Source of the DNA: a virus
Length of the DNA: 64,000 nt
Direction: 5' to 3' (one strand)
Virus record (IMG/VR): IMGVR_UViG_3300044739_000018
Coordinates: 99,482-163,481 of that record
Notes under the pieces: model-generated
Databases searched by the model: none
What the model was told of the DNA's origin: nothing
The model's input: only the letters and a program-made list of their open reading frames with translations
Position numbers and translations under genes: made by a program
Shown: positions 14,573 to 22,135 of the stretch, piece by piece
Position numbering within the stretch: position 1 is the stretch's first letter
How the letters are laid out: every line of letters starts with the position of its first letter

Positions 14573-14649
14573 TGCCGGGTAGCTCAGATAGGCAGAGCAG
14601 CCGCCTGTTAAGCGGAAGCGCGTGGGTTCGATCCCCACCCTGGCAGCCA
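14573..14649 (+). tRNA. tRNA-Asn(GUU)
   Basis: CCGC-CTGTTAA-GCGG, CCA encoded. Confidence 0.92.
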
Positions 14650-14650
14650 T

Positions 14651-14725
14651 GGGACGATAGCCAAGTGGTAAGGCGACGGATTGCAACCCCGTCATTCGTC
14701 GGTTCGATTCCGACTCGTCCCTCCA
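14651..14725 (+). tRNA. tRNA-Cys(GCA)
   Basis: Loop TTGCAAC, U73, CCA encoded. Confidence 0.92.
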
Positions 14726-14878
14726 TGTGATACAGAACCCGATCCTGACCTAGCAGGAGCAGTCGCCGCGGGGTCCCCCATGTATCCACAAACTGAGAGA
14801 TACTATTCAGAATGTGGATAGATGGGGTCCTCCGGTGGAGGACTGAAACTGGTGATGGTAGGGTAACTGTCTCAACTT

Positions 14879-14951
14879 GTGCGTGTAGCTCAACTGGCAG
14901 AGCACGACGTTGCCAACGTCGAGGTCGAGGGTTCGAACCCCTTCACGCACT
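14879..14951 (+). tRNA. tRNA-Gly(GCC)
   Basis: CGACG-TTGCCAA-CGTCG. Confidence 0.92.
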
Positions 14952-14956
14952 CGCAT

Positions 14957-15029
14957 GCGGGAGTGATGTCAACGGTTAGCATCTCTGCCTTCCAAGCAGA
15001 TCGTGCCGGTTCGAATCCGGTCTCCCGTT
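14957..15029 (+). tRNA. tRNA-Gly(UCC)
   Basis: TCTGC-CTTCCAA-GCAGA. Confidence 0.92.
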
Positions 15030-15030
15030 C

Positions 15031-15059
15031 TTGACGCTGGCACCGGCGTGTCATAAAAT
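15031..15059 (+). promoter_or_regulatory. SigA-type promoter
   Basis: TTGACG-N17-TAAAAT. Confidence 0.7.
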
Positions 15060-15204
15060 GGGCGTTGGCGGAGAAGCCTACGGGGCGACTCCGAGTGTAA
15101 TCCGATCAGTCGAACCTCAGCCTCACGGTGAAGGCCCACTACTTACTCAAAGCCGGAACCTAAAGGCGGGCACCGTAATCGGGTTGCCGCGCAAAGAAAG
15201 TACC

Positions 15205-15230
15205 GAGAAGGGGCCGCAAGGCCCCTTCTC
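15205..15230 (+). terminator. GC-rich hairpin, terminator-like
   Basis: GAGAAGGGGCC-GCAA-GGCCCCTTCTC, 11-bp perfect stem. Confidence 0.55.
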
Positions 15231-15234
15231 ACTA

Positions 15235-15309
15235 GCCTTCGTGATGTCAACGGCAGCATTCCTGTCTTGTAAACAGGTCGTGGCGGTTCGAATCCGTCCG
15301 GAGGCTCCA
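15235..15309 (+). tRNA. tRNA-Thr(UGU)
   Basis: CCTGT-CTTGTAA-ACAGG, CCA encoded. Confidence 0.92.
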
Positions 15310-15446
15310 AGCAGTTGTGATGAAGCAGCATGTAAGCCGCCTGGCGGTGGAAACTCGCGGTCCGAATCTCAGGCTGGCAGAAATGCCAAGGGAACGGTGG
15401 CACTGGGAGCCGTTGGGGTGTTGGAACTTCTTGAATGACTGCTCAT

Positions 15447-15521
15447 GGTTCAGTAGCTCAGACTGGTTAGAGCGTCCGGTTGAAACCCGGGAGGTCGTCC
15501 GTTCGATCCGGACCTGAACCA
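15447..15521 (+). tRNA. tRNA-Phe(GAA)
   Basis: TCCGG-TTGAAAC-CCGGG. Confidence 0.9.
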
Positions 15522-15536
15522 CGCCGATAGAGTCTC

Positions 15537-15770
15537 ATGGCTTCTATCACCATCACCATCCCCGATGCTCAGGTTCAACGAGTGTTGGACGCCTTCAGCC
15601 ATCGTTACGGCTACCAAGACCAGATTGACGGCGCACCAAACCCTCAAACGAAGGTCCAGTTCGCCAAGCAGCAGGTGGCACTCTGGATCAAGCGAGAGAC
15701 CGAGGACTACGAGCGGGCAATCCGAATCGCAGCAGCCGAGGCGGCTGCCATTGCACTCGACGCCACCTGA
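15537..15770 (+). CDS. Hypothetical phage protein
   Basis: Clean ORF, probably leaderless after a GCCGA motif. Confidence 0.65.
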   Translation: MASITITIPDAQVQRVLDAFSHRYGYQDQIDGAPNPQTKVQFAKQQVALWIKRETEDYERAIRIAAAEAAAIALDAT

Positions 15771-15784
15771 CGTAGAATCAGACC

Positions 15785-16135
15785 ATGTGTGGTGGAGGGA
15801 AGTGCAACCCCGATCCTCAGGTCGCCGCCAGCTTCCACCGCCTGGAGGAGCAGCGTCTGGCTGACATCGAGCGGTGGGGCCAGTGCGAGGAGATCAGCTA
15901 CCGCAACAAACGGTGCCACTACCCAATCGGTCACGACCGCGGGCACCATGCCGGTGACGGAATCACCTGGGCAACGGACGTTGAACATGAGGGCGGCCAG
16001 GCGGCAGAGCTGAAGAAGTTGTTCGAGACGTGCAAGACGATCATCCCCGGCATCGAGCTGCCCGCATGGGTGGAGTTCCAGGCCGACTTGTCTCACCTGG
16101 GCTTTCTGCTGGGGATCAAGAACGAGGACGCGTAA
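15785..16135 (+). CDS. Hypothetical protein
   Basis: ORF ending in TAA inside tRNA-Val. Confidence 0.55.
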   Translation: MCGGGKCNPDPQVAASFHRLEEQRLADIERWGQCEEISYRNKRCHYPIGHDRGHHAGDGITWATDVEHEGGQAAELKKLFETCKTIIPGIELPAWVEFQADLSHLGFLLGIKNEDA

Positions 16136-16197
16136 CTCAGAGGCAGAGTGCCAGGACGACACCCTGGTGGTCATTGGTTCGAATCCAATCGTGTCCA
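16126..16197 (+). tRNA. tRNA-Val(GAC), non-canonical A32/C33
   Basis: CCAGG-ACGACAC-CCTGG. Confidence 0.82.
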
Positions 16198-16415
16198 CGC
16201 AGCAAAATGCCAACTCAAGTTGAAGAGGCACCCATACCGAGAGCACATCGTCTTCATAAGACGCCCTGTGCGGATTAAGAGTTTACCAACGGTAGGCTGC
16301 TACATCATTGTGTCGATGTAGTTTGATCAGGACCCTCGGGGCAGGTAGCGCACTCGGCAGATAACCGGGGAGGCGGCCATGGTGGAACCTTGGAAACACG
16401 AGCCAAGCACTGCGG

Positions 16416-16485
16416 TGCCGTGTGATTTGGTAATCAAGGCTGGCTTATATCCAGCCCCTCTCGGGTTCGACTCCCGGCGCGGCTA
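16416..16485 (+). tRNA. tRNA-Ile(UAU), atypical
   Basis: GGCTGG-CTTATAT-CCAGCC; T-arm TCGGG-TTCGACT-CCCGG; shortened D-arm. Confidence 0.7.
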
Positions 16486-16564
16486 CGTCATGACCTACCT
16501 CCGAGAGTTCTCCACAGTGAGTGGGTAGTGTCGGCAGGAAAACTCGGCTGACTGTCGGCCACTT

Positions 16565-16639
16565 GCGTAACAAGCCAACTAGGTTGGAGGCGCTACCCTG
16601 ATAAGGTAGATATGCGAGGTTCGAATCCTCGGTTACGCA
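16565..16639 (+). tRNA. tRNA-Ile(GAU)
   Basis: CTACC-CTGATAA-GGTAG. Confidence 0.88.
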
Positions 16640-16781
16640 CTCAGAAATACGACTGATGCAGCAATAGAAACAGCGACCAGGAGGGGCCTGAAACCCCTTC
16701 GGCCTGCCGAGGTCAGCATGCGGCTCTTAACCGCCTCGCCCCTCTCTGCTGAAACTGTTGAAGGCGTATCAACTGAAGCAA

Positions 16782-16854
16782 GCCTCTCTGGCGTAATGGA
16801 TAGCGTGTCGGCCTTTTAAGCCGGTCGGTCAGGGTTCGAATCCCTGGGGGGGCA
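16782..16854 (+). tRNA. tRNA-Lys(UUU)
   Basis: TCGGC-CTTTTAA-GCCGG. Confidence 0.9.
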
Positions 16855-16862
16855 CTTTTCAT

Positions 16863-16938
16863 AGGCGGGTAGCTCAGAGGCCAGAGCAGCACCCTTACAA
16901 GGTGAAGTGCGAGGGTTCGACTCCCTCTCCGCCTACCA
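16863..16938 (+). tRNA. tRNA-Val(UAC)
   Basis: CACC-CTTACAA-GGTG, CCA encoded. Confidence 0.92.
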
Positions 16939-16939
16939 T

Positions 16940-17017
16940 GGTGGCCGTAGCTCAGTTGGTTAGAGCGCCAGGTTGTGATCCTGGATGTCGGGGGTTCGAG
17001 TCCCCTCGGTCACCCCA
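16940..17017 (+). tRNA. tRNA-His(GUG)
   Basis: G-1/C73; CCAGG-TTGTGAT-CCTGG, CCA encoded. Confidence 0.93.
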
Positions 17018-17346
17018 TGAGCACCAAAGTCAAAGAGATCACGTCGAATCCCAACGGGGACCGGCGACGGTGCCAGCTCTGCAATCCAACCCCTGACCGA
17101 ATTCCACTGGACAAGGTGTGGGCCTGGTCGCTAGAACATCCAGGAGAACCTTGGAGGCGAAGTGGCTGAGACCCTGACGGACGTTTCCCAGCACTACCGG
17201 GAGCGGGCAGAAGTCAGCATGTACTGGTGGGACGAGGACGACGAGGTTGCCATGGAGATCGTGCAGGACGCCATGAAGAACCTCATGTTCGCCTTCAAGC
17301 GGGCAGGAGTACGAGTACCGGCCCTGCACGTCACGGGCAGGAAGTA

Positions 17347-17607
17347 ATGGGCGACCCGTTCCGCTGTGGACGTTGCGACACGTGGTTCGACTACTACGAG
17401 GCCCTGGAGCGGCACATCGCGAAGGAGCATCCCAAGCCCTCGGACAAGTCGGTCCTCGCCACCATGCAGTATGAATTGAAGGAGGCGCTGCTTGAAATCC
17501 AGCGGCATCATGCCGACTTCAAGAAGGTCAGTCAGGCCCTCGACGACTACGAGGAGCATGGCGATGCGAAATTGCTTTACAAGACGGTCAGGAGCGTTGT
17601 AGGATGA
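17347..17607 (+). CDS. C2H2 zinc-finger protein
   Basis: FRCGRCDTWFDYYEALERHIAKEH. Confidence 0.65.
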   Translation: MGDPFRCGRCDTWFDYYEALERHIAKEHPKPSDKSVLATMQYELKEALLEIQRHHADFKKVSQALDDYEEHGDAKLLYKTVRSVVG

Positions 17608-17616
17608 TTCCCACGT

Positions 17617-17689
17617 TGCGGTGGGAGGGGACGGAGACCCTGTCAGGCTCATAACCTGGACTATGCGAGTTCGATTCTCGCCGCCGCTA
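17617..17689 (+). tRNA. tRNA-Met(CAU), 1:72 mismatch (initiator-like)
   Basis: TCAGG-CTCATAA-CCTGG. Confidence 0.82.
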
Positions 17690-17713
17690 CTAAGCAGTAC
17701 AGCTTAACCTCTT

Positions 17714-17789
17714 GCCGGGAGGGTGAAACGGTTTCCACGGGGGCCTCATAAGCCTCAGACATGCGGTTCGACTCCGCTTCCCGCCACCA
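17714..17789 (+). tRNA. tRNA-Met/Ile2(CAU)
   Basis: GGGGC-CTCATAA-GCCTC, CCA encoded. Confidence 0.82.
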
Positions 17790-17947
17790 TCTAAGGGACG
17801 CCTCCAAGGAGGTGAGTCCGATGTAGCAGCAACAACTAACATGCGAAGACACTCAACGGAGTGCCAGGAGTAACTCGGTAACACGGGCGCTGCTCCACAG
17901 GTCAATCGGGAGGCCAGGCCCCGCAAGTCGGGGCCGCTCCAATTCTT

Positions 17948-18023
17948 GGGGACGAAGCTCAGCAGGTTGAGCATCTGTCTGGCAGACAGAAGGTCGAGGG
18001 TTCGAATCCCTTCGTCTCCACCA
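17948..18023 (+). tRNA. tRNA-Ala(GGC)
   Basis: G3.U70; TCTGT-CTGGCAG-ACAGA, CCA encoded. Confidence 0.92.
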
Positions 18024-18025
18024 TC

Positions 18026-18265
18026 ATGGCATCAGCAACCGAAGGCAAAATCGACGTAGAGGTTACGCACGCATTCTGTATTGACCGTGCAGTCAAGACC
18101 TTGAAGTCGGTCTACAAGGCGGGTTTGAGTGCCGAGATCATCGAGCACACGCTGGCAACAGTGGACCGCTGGTTGAAGATTGCCGCAGAGATCCGAGCGG
18201 GTGACGAGCTTGCTAGCTACAAGTTCAACGCCCTGAAGAGGCAGTTGGAAGAGGAGAGTATGTAG
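18026..18265 (+). CDS. Hypothetical protein
   Basis: ORF starting 3 nt after tRNA CCA. Confidence 0.55.
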   Translation: MASATEGKIDVEVTHAFCIDRAVKTLKSVYKAGLSAEIIEHTLATVDRWLKIAAEIRAGDELASYKFNALKRQLEEESM

Positions 18266-18483
18266 TACGAACTCGGTGCGGACGTGATTCCGCCACTGCC
18301 TTCTGCCAACGCCTGGGCCGAACCGTGACGAACGGTGACTGCAAGGGAAGGTGCCGACATGGGAACTCCGGCCGGGTTACCTGTGAGCGGATAGAGGGGT
18401 CAGTGAAGAAATGACCCGATAGGGGAACGCTGTGCCGCGGAGGCGGCGGTCCCTTTCTTATCCATCCTTTATCTCCGCAACAC

Positions 18484-18556
18484 GGGCCTGTAGCTCCAAC
18501 GGTAGAGCAACTGCTTTGCAAGCAGAGGGTTGTCGGTTCGAATCCGACCTGGTCCA
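18484..18556 (+). tRNA. tRNA-Ala(UGC)
   Basis: G3.U70; CTGC-TTTGCAA-GCAG. Confidence 0.9.
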
Positions 18557-18561
18557 CGCAA

Positions 18562-18644
18562 GGGCGAGTGGCGTAATTGGCAGCCGCGCTGGTCTTAGGA
18601 ACCAGTGTCTATATGACGTGCGGGTTCGAGTCCCGCCTTGCCCA
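18562..18644 (+). tRNA. tRNA-Leu(UAG)
   Basis: CTGGT-CTTAGGA-ACCAG, long variable arm. Confidence 0.92.
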
Positions 18645-18645
18645 C

Positions 18646-18927
18646 GTGACGGCACGAGCAGGAACAGCAAGGAAGTCCACCGGAGCGGTAGCCAAGGGAG
18701 CCACTCGGCGGATATCAGTAGCTCGCACGGGAGGGTATCCGTGTGGCTTCTGTGGTGGCGGGAAACCGAACGGGCAGCGGTACTGTGCCCAGTGCATTGA
18801 CGAGTATGCCGACTTCATGGAAGTCACTGGCATCGACGAGTCACCGCACAGTGCCGACCTCTACAAGCTCTATCGCTTCATGTCTATGAAGGATGAAGTC
18901 GAGCGCATCAAAGAGAAGTACAGCTAG
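18646..18927 (+). CDS. Hypothetical Zn-binding protein
   Basis: CGFC...YCAQC. Confidence 0.55.
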   Translation: MTARAGTARKSTGAVAKGATRRISVARTGGYPCGFCGGGKPNGQRYCAQCIDEYADFMEVTGIDESPHSADLYKLYRFMSMKDEVERIKEKYS

Positions 18928-19004
18928 CTGACGTAGCCCAATCCGGCAGAGGCACATGGTTCAGAACCATGCCAGTGGAGGTTCGAGTCCTCTCGTCAGC
19001 ACCA
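18927..19004 (+). tRNA. tRNA-Leu(CAG), short variable loop
   Basis: CATGG-TTCAGAA-CCATG, CCA encoded. Confidence 0.88.
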
Positions 19005-19005
19005 A

Positions 19006-19081
19006 GCCTCTGTAGTGCTAATGGTTATCACGTCGGTTTCGTAAACCGAAGGACTCAGTTCGACTCTGAGCAGAGGCTCCA
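19006..19081 (+). tRNA. tRNA-Thr(CGU)
   Basis: TCGGT-TTCGTAA-ACCGA, CCA encoded. Confidence 0.9.
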
Positions 19082-19082
19082 C

Positions 19083-19165
19083 GCGAACGTGGCGGAATGG
19101 TATACGCGCTAGGTCGAGAGCCTAGTGCCCGCAAGGGATTGAGGGTTCGACTCCCTCCGTTCGCA
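19083..19165 (+). tRNA. tRNA-Leu(GAG), C33
   Basis: CTAGG-TCGAGAG-CCTAG, long variable arm. Confidence 0.88.
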
Positions 19166-19172
19166 CAAATCG

Positions 19173-19201
19173 TTGACCCGCTCGCCCTCCAATGTTAGGG
19201 T
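19173..19201 (+). promoter_or_regulatory. SigA-type promoter
   Basis: TTGACC-N17-TAGGGT with TGn extension. Confidence 0.55.
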
Positions 19202-19225
19202 CAGGTTCAACTGAACCTCAAGACC

Positions 19226-19513
19226 ATGGAGGCGGCGGTGGACGAGTACGTGGCGCTGTTCTGCCCGCACTGCGGCGTGCATCTCAACGAGGTTGAGACG
19301 GACGACGAGACCCTGGTTGCCCTCACTCCTGAGCCTGGGACCAGTGTGAAGTGCGGCCACTGTGGTATCGAGACCGACGACTGGAACCACATCGTCCAGT
19401 GCCGTCGCACGCTTGGCGCTGTGGGGGAGCTTCGGTTCCGTCAGGCGGCTGAGCGTCTTGCCGCTCTGGAGCAAGAGCTTGCCCTCGGCACGGAAGCTAC
19501 GCGGGCCTTCTAA
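19226..19513 (+). CDS. Zn-ribbon protein
   Basis: CPHCG...CGHCG; 3' end overlaps tRNA-Arg(UCU). Confidence 0.6.
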   Translation: MEAAVDEYVALFCPHCGVHLNEVETDDETLVALTPEPGTSVKCGHCGIETDDWNHIVQCRRTLGAVGELRFRQAAERLAALEQELALGTEATRAF

Positions 19514-19550
19514 GCCTGTGGACCGGGTTCGATTCCTGGCGGGGGTGCCA
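19481..19550 (+). tRNA. tRNA-Arg(UCU), D-armless
   Basis: GCCCTCG/CGGGGGT-G-CCA; GCGGGC-CTTCTAA-GCCTGT; CCGGG-TTCGATT-CCTGG; no D-stem. Confidence 0.75.
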
Positions 19551-19668
19551 TCATGATTGTCGCACTTCTGCTCGGCCTGTTCTGCCTCATTTTTGGCATC
19601 GGGCTTTACTTCGACAGCTACACTCACAACTGGTGCGACCTGCACCATTGGGATAGGTGTGAGCAACA

Positions 19669-19959
19669 ATGCTCAGGACGAAGGTGGCGGGGCTGGTGAC
19701 AGAAACAGAGAATGCAACCCACACGCTGTTTACCTGGATCACGCCGTCAGGCACTCAGGCTCGGATCAAGGTCGTCCTTGGTGCGGGCACACAGCGCGAG
19801 GTGTGGGACATGGCGGCGAACGTCTTGAAGTTCGAGATGGTGGACAACCTTCACATGGAGCGCACGAACGGAGATGCTCCGCCCGCCGACGACATCTTCG
19901 CCATGTGGATTCAGTTCGCTATCGCCCACTGCAAGCAGATGAGTGGCGTCGAAGACTAA
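19669..19959 (+). CDS. Hypothetical protein
   Basis: ORF between tRNAs. Confidence 0.55.
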   Translation: MLRTKVAGLVTETENATHTLFTWITPSGTQARIKVVLGAGTQREVWDMAANVLKFEMVDNLHMERTNGDAPPADDIFAMWIQFAIAHCKQMSGVED

Positions 19960-20030
19960 CGGGTCGAGTTGTTACGGAAGCATCCGGGGTTTGGAACCCC
20001 GTGGCCGGGGTTCGACTCCCTGCGACCCGA
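19960..20030 (+). tRNA. tRNA-Pro(UGG)
   Basis: C1-G72; CGGGG-TTTGGAA-CCCCG. Confidence 0.85.
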
Positions 20031-20043
20031 CGTAGTAATGCAA

Positions 20044-20117
20044 CTGGGTATGGCTCAGCTAGGTAGAGCGCCGCGTTCGGGACGCGGAGGCCGTTGGTTC
20101 GAATCCAACTACCCAGA
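20044..20117 (+). tRNA. tRNA-Pro(CGG)
   Basis: CCGCG-TTCGGGA-CGCGG. Confidence 0.92.
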
Positions 20118-20217
20118 CTCACCAGGTAGGTGACACGAAAGGATGCTCACCATGAGCAAGCGCGTGGACTGTAGGGAGGTGCCGCTGATGACCCTGTCGT
20201 AAGGGAGGTGATCATCA

Positions 20218-20388
20218 ATGGCAGCCAAACAGTCCAACAAGAAGAAGGGTGGCAACAAGCACTCTTCAAATCTTCGTCGGCACGAACGGAAGGCACTTCA
20301 CAACCGTCGTATTAACTACACGCCCGTTCCCGGCAAGTGCGGTAGCTCGTTCTGCGAGAAGCGCACCGGCTGTGAACCCTGGAAGTAA
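20218..20388 (+). CDS. 56-aa basic microprotein
   Basis: GGAGGTGA SD; MAAKQSNKKKGGNKHSSNLRRHERKALHNRR...KCGSSFCEKRTGCEPWK. Confidence 0.55.
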   Translation: MAAKQSNKKKGGNKHSSNLRRHERKALHNRRINYTPVPGKCGSSFCEKRTGCEPWK

Positions 20389-20481
20389 TCCTGGGCACGG
20401 CGTTAGCGGTATCTCCTAGAAACCAACCGGCTCAACGGCTTGGGGCCTCAAATTGGTGGTCCCAGCCGTCGAGACCTGTTC

Positions 20482-20823
20482 ATGCCCTACAAGAATCCGG
20501 AAGATCAACGTGCAAGTGAACGCCGGTACTATGCAGCACACCGAGAGCAGGCGCTTGAGAAGCAGCGCAGGCATCGAGCGGCGTTGAAGTTGCACGTGAA
20601 CGGCATCAAGGCGTCCACTCCCTGCACAGACTGTGGCGTCTCATACCCCTACTACGTCATGGACTTCGATCACGTTCGTGGTGAGAAGATCGGTGACTTG
20701 AATCGCCTCGTTGCCACTGGCCGCAAAGCACTTGTGCTCGCAGAAATGGAGAAGTGCGAGCTTGTCTGTGCTAACTGCCATCGGGAACGAACACATCAAC
20801 GGGCATTGGCTCAGTTTGGTTAG
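20482..20823 (+). CDS. HNH endonuclease (same family as 593-943)
   Basis: CTDCG..YPYYVMDFDHVRG.K...EKCELVCANCHRERT; TAG stop inside tRNA-Pro. Confidence 0.85.
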   Translation: MPYKNPEDQRASERRYYAAHREQALEKQRRHRAALKLHVNGIKASTPCTDCGVSYPYYVMDFDHVRGEKIGDLNRLVATGRKALVLAEMEKCELVCANCHRERTHQRALAQFG

Positions 20824-20874
20824 AGCGCCGGTCTGGGGGACCGGAGGCCGCAAGTTCGAATCTTGCATGCCCGA
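20800..20874 (+). tRNA. tRNA-Pro(GGG)
   Basis: CCGGT-CTGGGGG-ACCGG. Confidence 0.9.
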
Positions 20875-20934
20875 CGCAACACTCCTGTCTGTCGCATTCT
20901 CGATTGGATGTTCCAATCAGACAAGGAGGATACA

Positions 20935-21315
20935 ATGAGCATCTACTACAGTCCTGAGGACCACGGTCTTGAGGTCTTTGGAGAGCTTGACGAGCCGAAT
21001 ATGTCCTACGAGTTCCACATGCTCGTCGTGTGGCAGTCGAAGGACGGGCGGCTCTGGTATGCAGAGGACAGTGGGTGCTCGTGCCCCAGCCCTTTCGAGG
21101 ACTGCCACAGCACCGATGACCTCATCGAGATCACGCACGCCAGCCTTGACCAGTTCTGGGCCGACGTAAACGACTTCTCCGGCTACAGCAACGAAGGCAT
21201 CCTCGCCTGCGAGAAGACCCGGCTTCTCTCTGAGGTGACAAGTGCCTTGCCTCCGCTCGATGTCAGTGGCACCATTGCTGGCTTGGAGCGGATTGCTCGG
21301 GACCTCGCGTCCTGA
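20935..21315 (+). CDS. Conserved phage hypothetical protein
   Basis: AAGGAGG SD; SYEF.MLVVW...DSGCSCPSPFE. Confidence 0.7.
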   Translation: MSIYYSPEDHGLEVFGELDEPNMSYEFHMLVVWQSKDGRLWYAEDSGCSCPSPFEDCHSTDDLIEITHASLDQFWADVNDFSGYSNEGILACEKTRLLSEVTSALPPLDVSGTIAGLERIARDLAS

Positions 21316-21323
21316 GCACCCAT

Positions 21324-21396
21324 TGGCAGATAGTGTAACCGGCAACACACTTGGCTCTGAACCAAGAGACTCCAGGTTCGAACCCTGGTCTGCCAG
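21324..21396 (+). tRNA. tRNA-Gln(CUG)
   Basis: CTTGG-CTCTGAA-CCAAG. Confidence 0.92.
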
Positions 21397-21399
21397 CTT

Positions 21400-21666
21400 A
21401 TGGATGAGTGGAAAGCGGCAACGTTTATTCCGAACGTGATGGATGAAGCCGTTGAGAGCAAGAATGACGCCGTAAGAGCAGAACTCATCTACTGGCTACA
21501 TACGACCTGGCCTGAGCATTGCCCGTGCAATTCCTGTATCGAGCAGCGAGAGGACATACAGGCCATCGTCGAAGGACGACCACACTCCTACAGCGGAACG
21601 AAGGTGCGTCGTGGGCAAGAAGGTAACATCGACAGCGAAACAAGAGAAGGCAGCACGCCTTCATGA
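21400..21666 (+). CDS. H-x3-PE-x-CPC-x2-C family microprotein 1
   Basis: LHTTWPEHCPCNSCIEQREDIQAI. Confidence 0.6.
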   Translation: MDEWKAATFIPNVMDEAVESKNDAVRAELIYWLHTTWPEHCPCNSCIEQREDIQAIVEGRPHSYSGTKVRRGQEGNIDSETREGSTPS

Positions 21667-21712
21667 GAAGAAGAAGCTGCGTAAGCAGAAGCGACGTGGT
21701 AACCCAAGCTGA

Positions 21713-21844
21713 ATGGGCAGTTCCGATTAGCTGTGGGGATGCCGGGGTTAGCCTCCCGGCCGCGGGCACAGGCTCGTGTAGCTCAAAGTGGCGAGCACGC
21801 AGAGGCGTGGCTGAAACCCAGGAAGTACGGATCAACCAGTCCAT
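21713..21844 (+). ncRNA. YrlA-like (Y RNA-like) permuted tRNA mimic, module 3
   Basis: CTGTG, T-arm GCCGGG/CCCGGC, closed acceptor CGCGGGC-ACAG-GCTCGTG, TA, D-arm GCTC/GAGC, CGCAG; terminal stem ATGGGC/GTCCAT. Confidence 0.65.
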
Positions 21845-21847
21845 CAT

Positions 21848-21918
21848 TCGGGAGTCGTTTAACGGCAGGACAGCGGGCTTTGAACCCGCGAGTGAGGGTT
21901 CGAATCCTTCCTCCCGAG
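21848..21918 (+). tRNA. tRNA-Gln(UUG), second copy
   Basis: GCGGG-CTTTGAA-CCCGC. Confidence 0.9.
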
Positions 21919-21919
21919 C

Positions 21920-22135
21920 GTGAATCAAGCTGACCGAGGCAGACTCAAAGAGATCATAGAGCTGGAGCGCGGGCTGACATACAGGGAAGCCGTGCATGCC
22001 ATCGAGATGCAAGAGAAGCTCTCAAAGTTGCAGGTCATCGCATCAACCCACGAGAACTTCCCTGAGATTTGCCCATGCGTGGACTGCAAGGAGCAGCGCC
22101 ATGACCTCAAGGTCATCCGATCTCACTACGGATGA
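21920..22135 (+). CDS. H-x3-PE-x-CPC-x2-C family microprotein 2
   Basis: THENFPEICPCVDCKEQRHDLKVI. Confidence 0.6.
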   Translation: MNQADRGRLKEIIELERGLTYREAVHAIEMQEKLSKLQVIASTHENFPEICPCVDCKEQRHDLKVIRSHYG

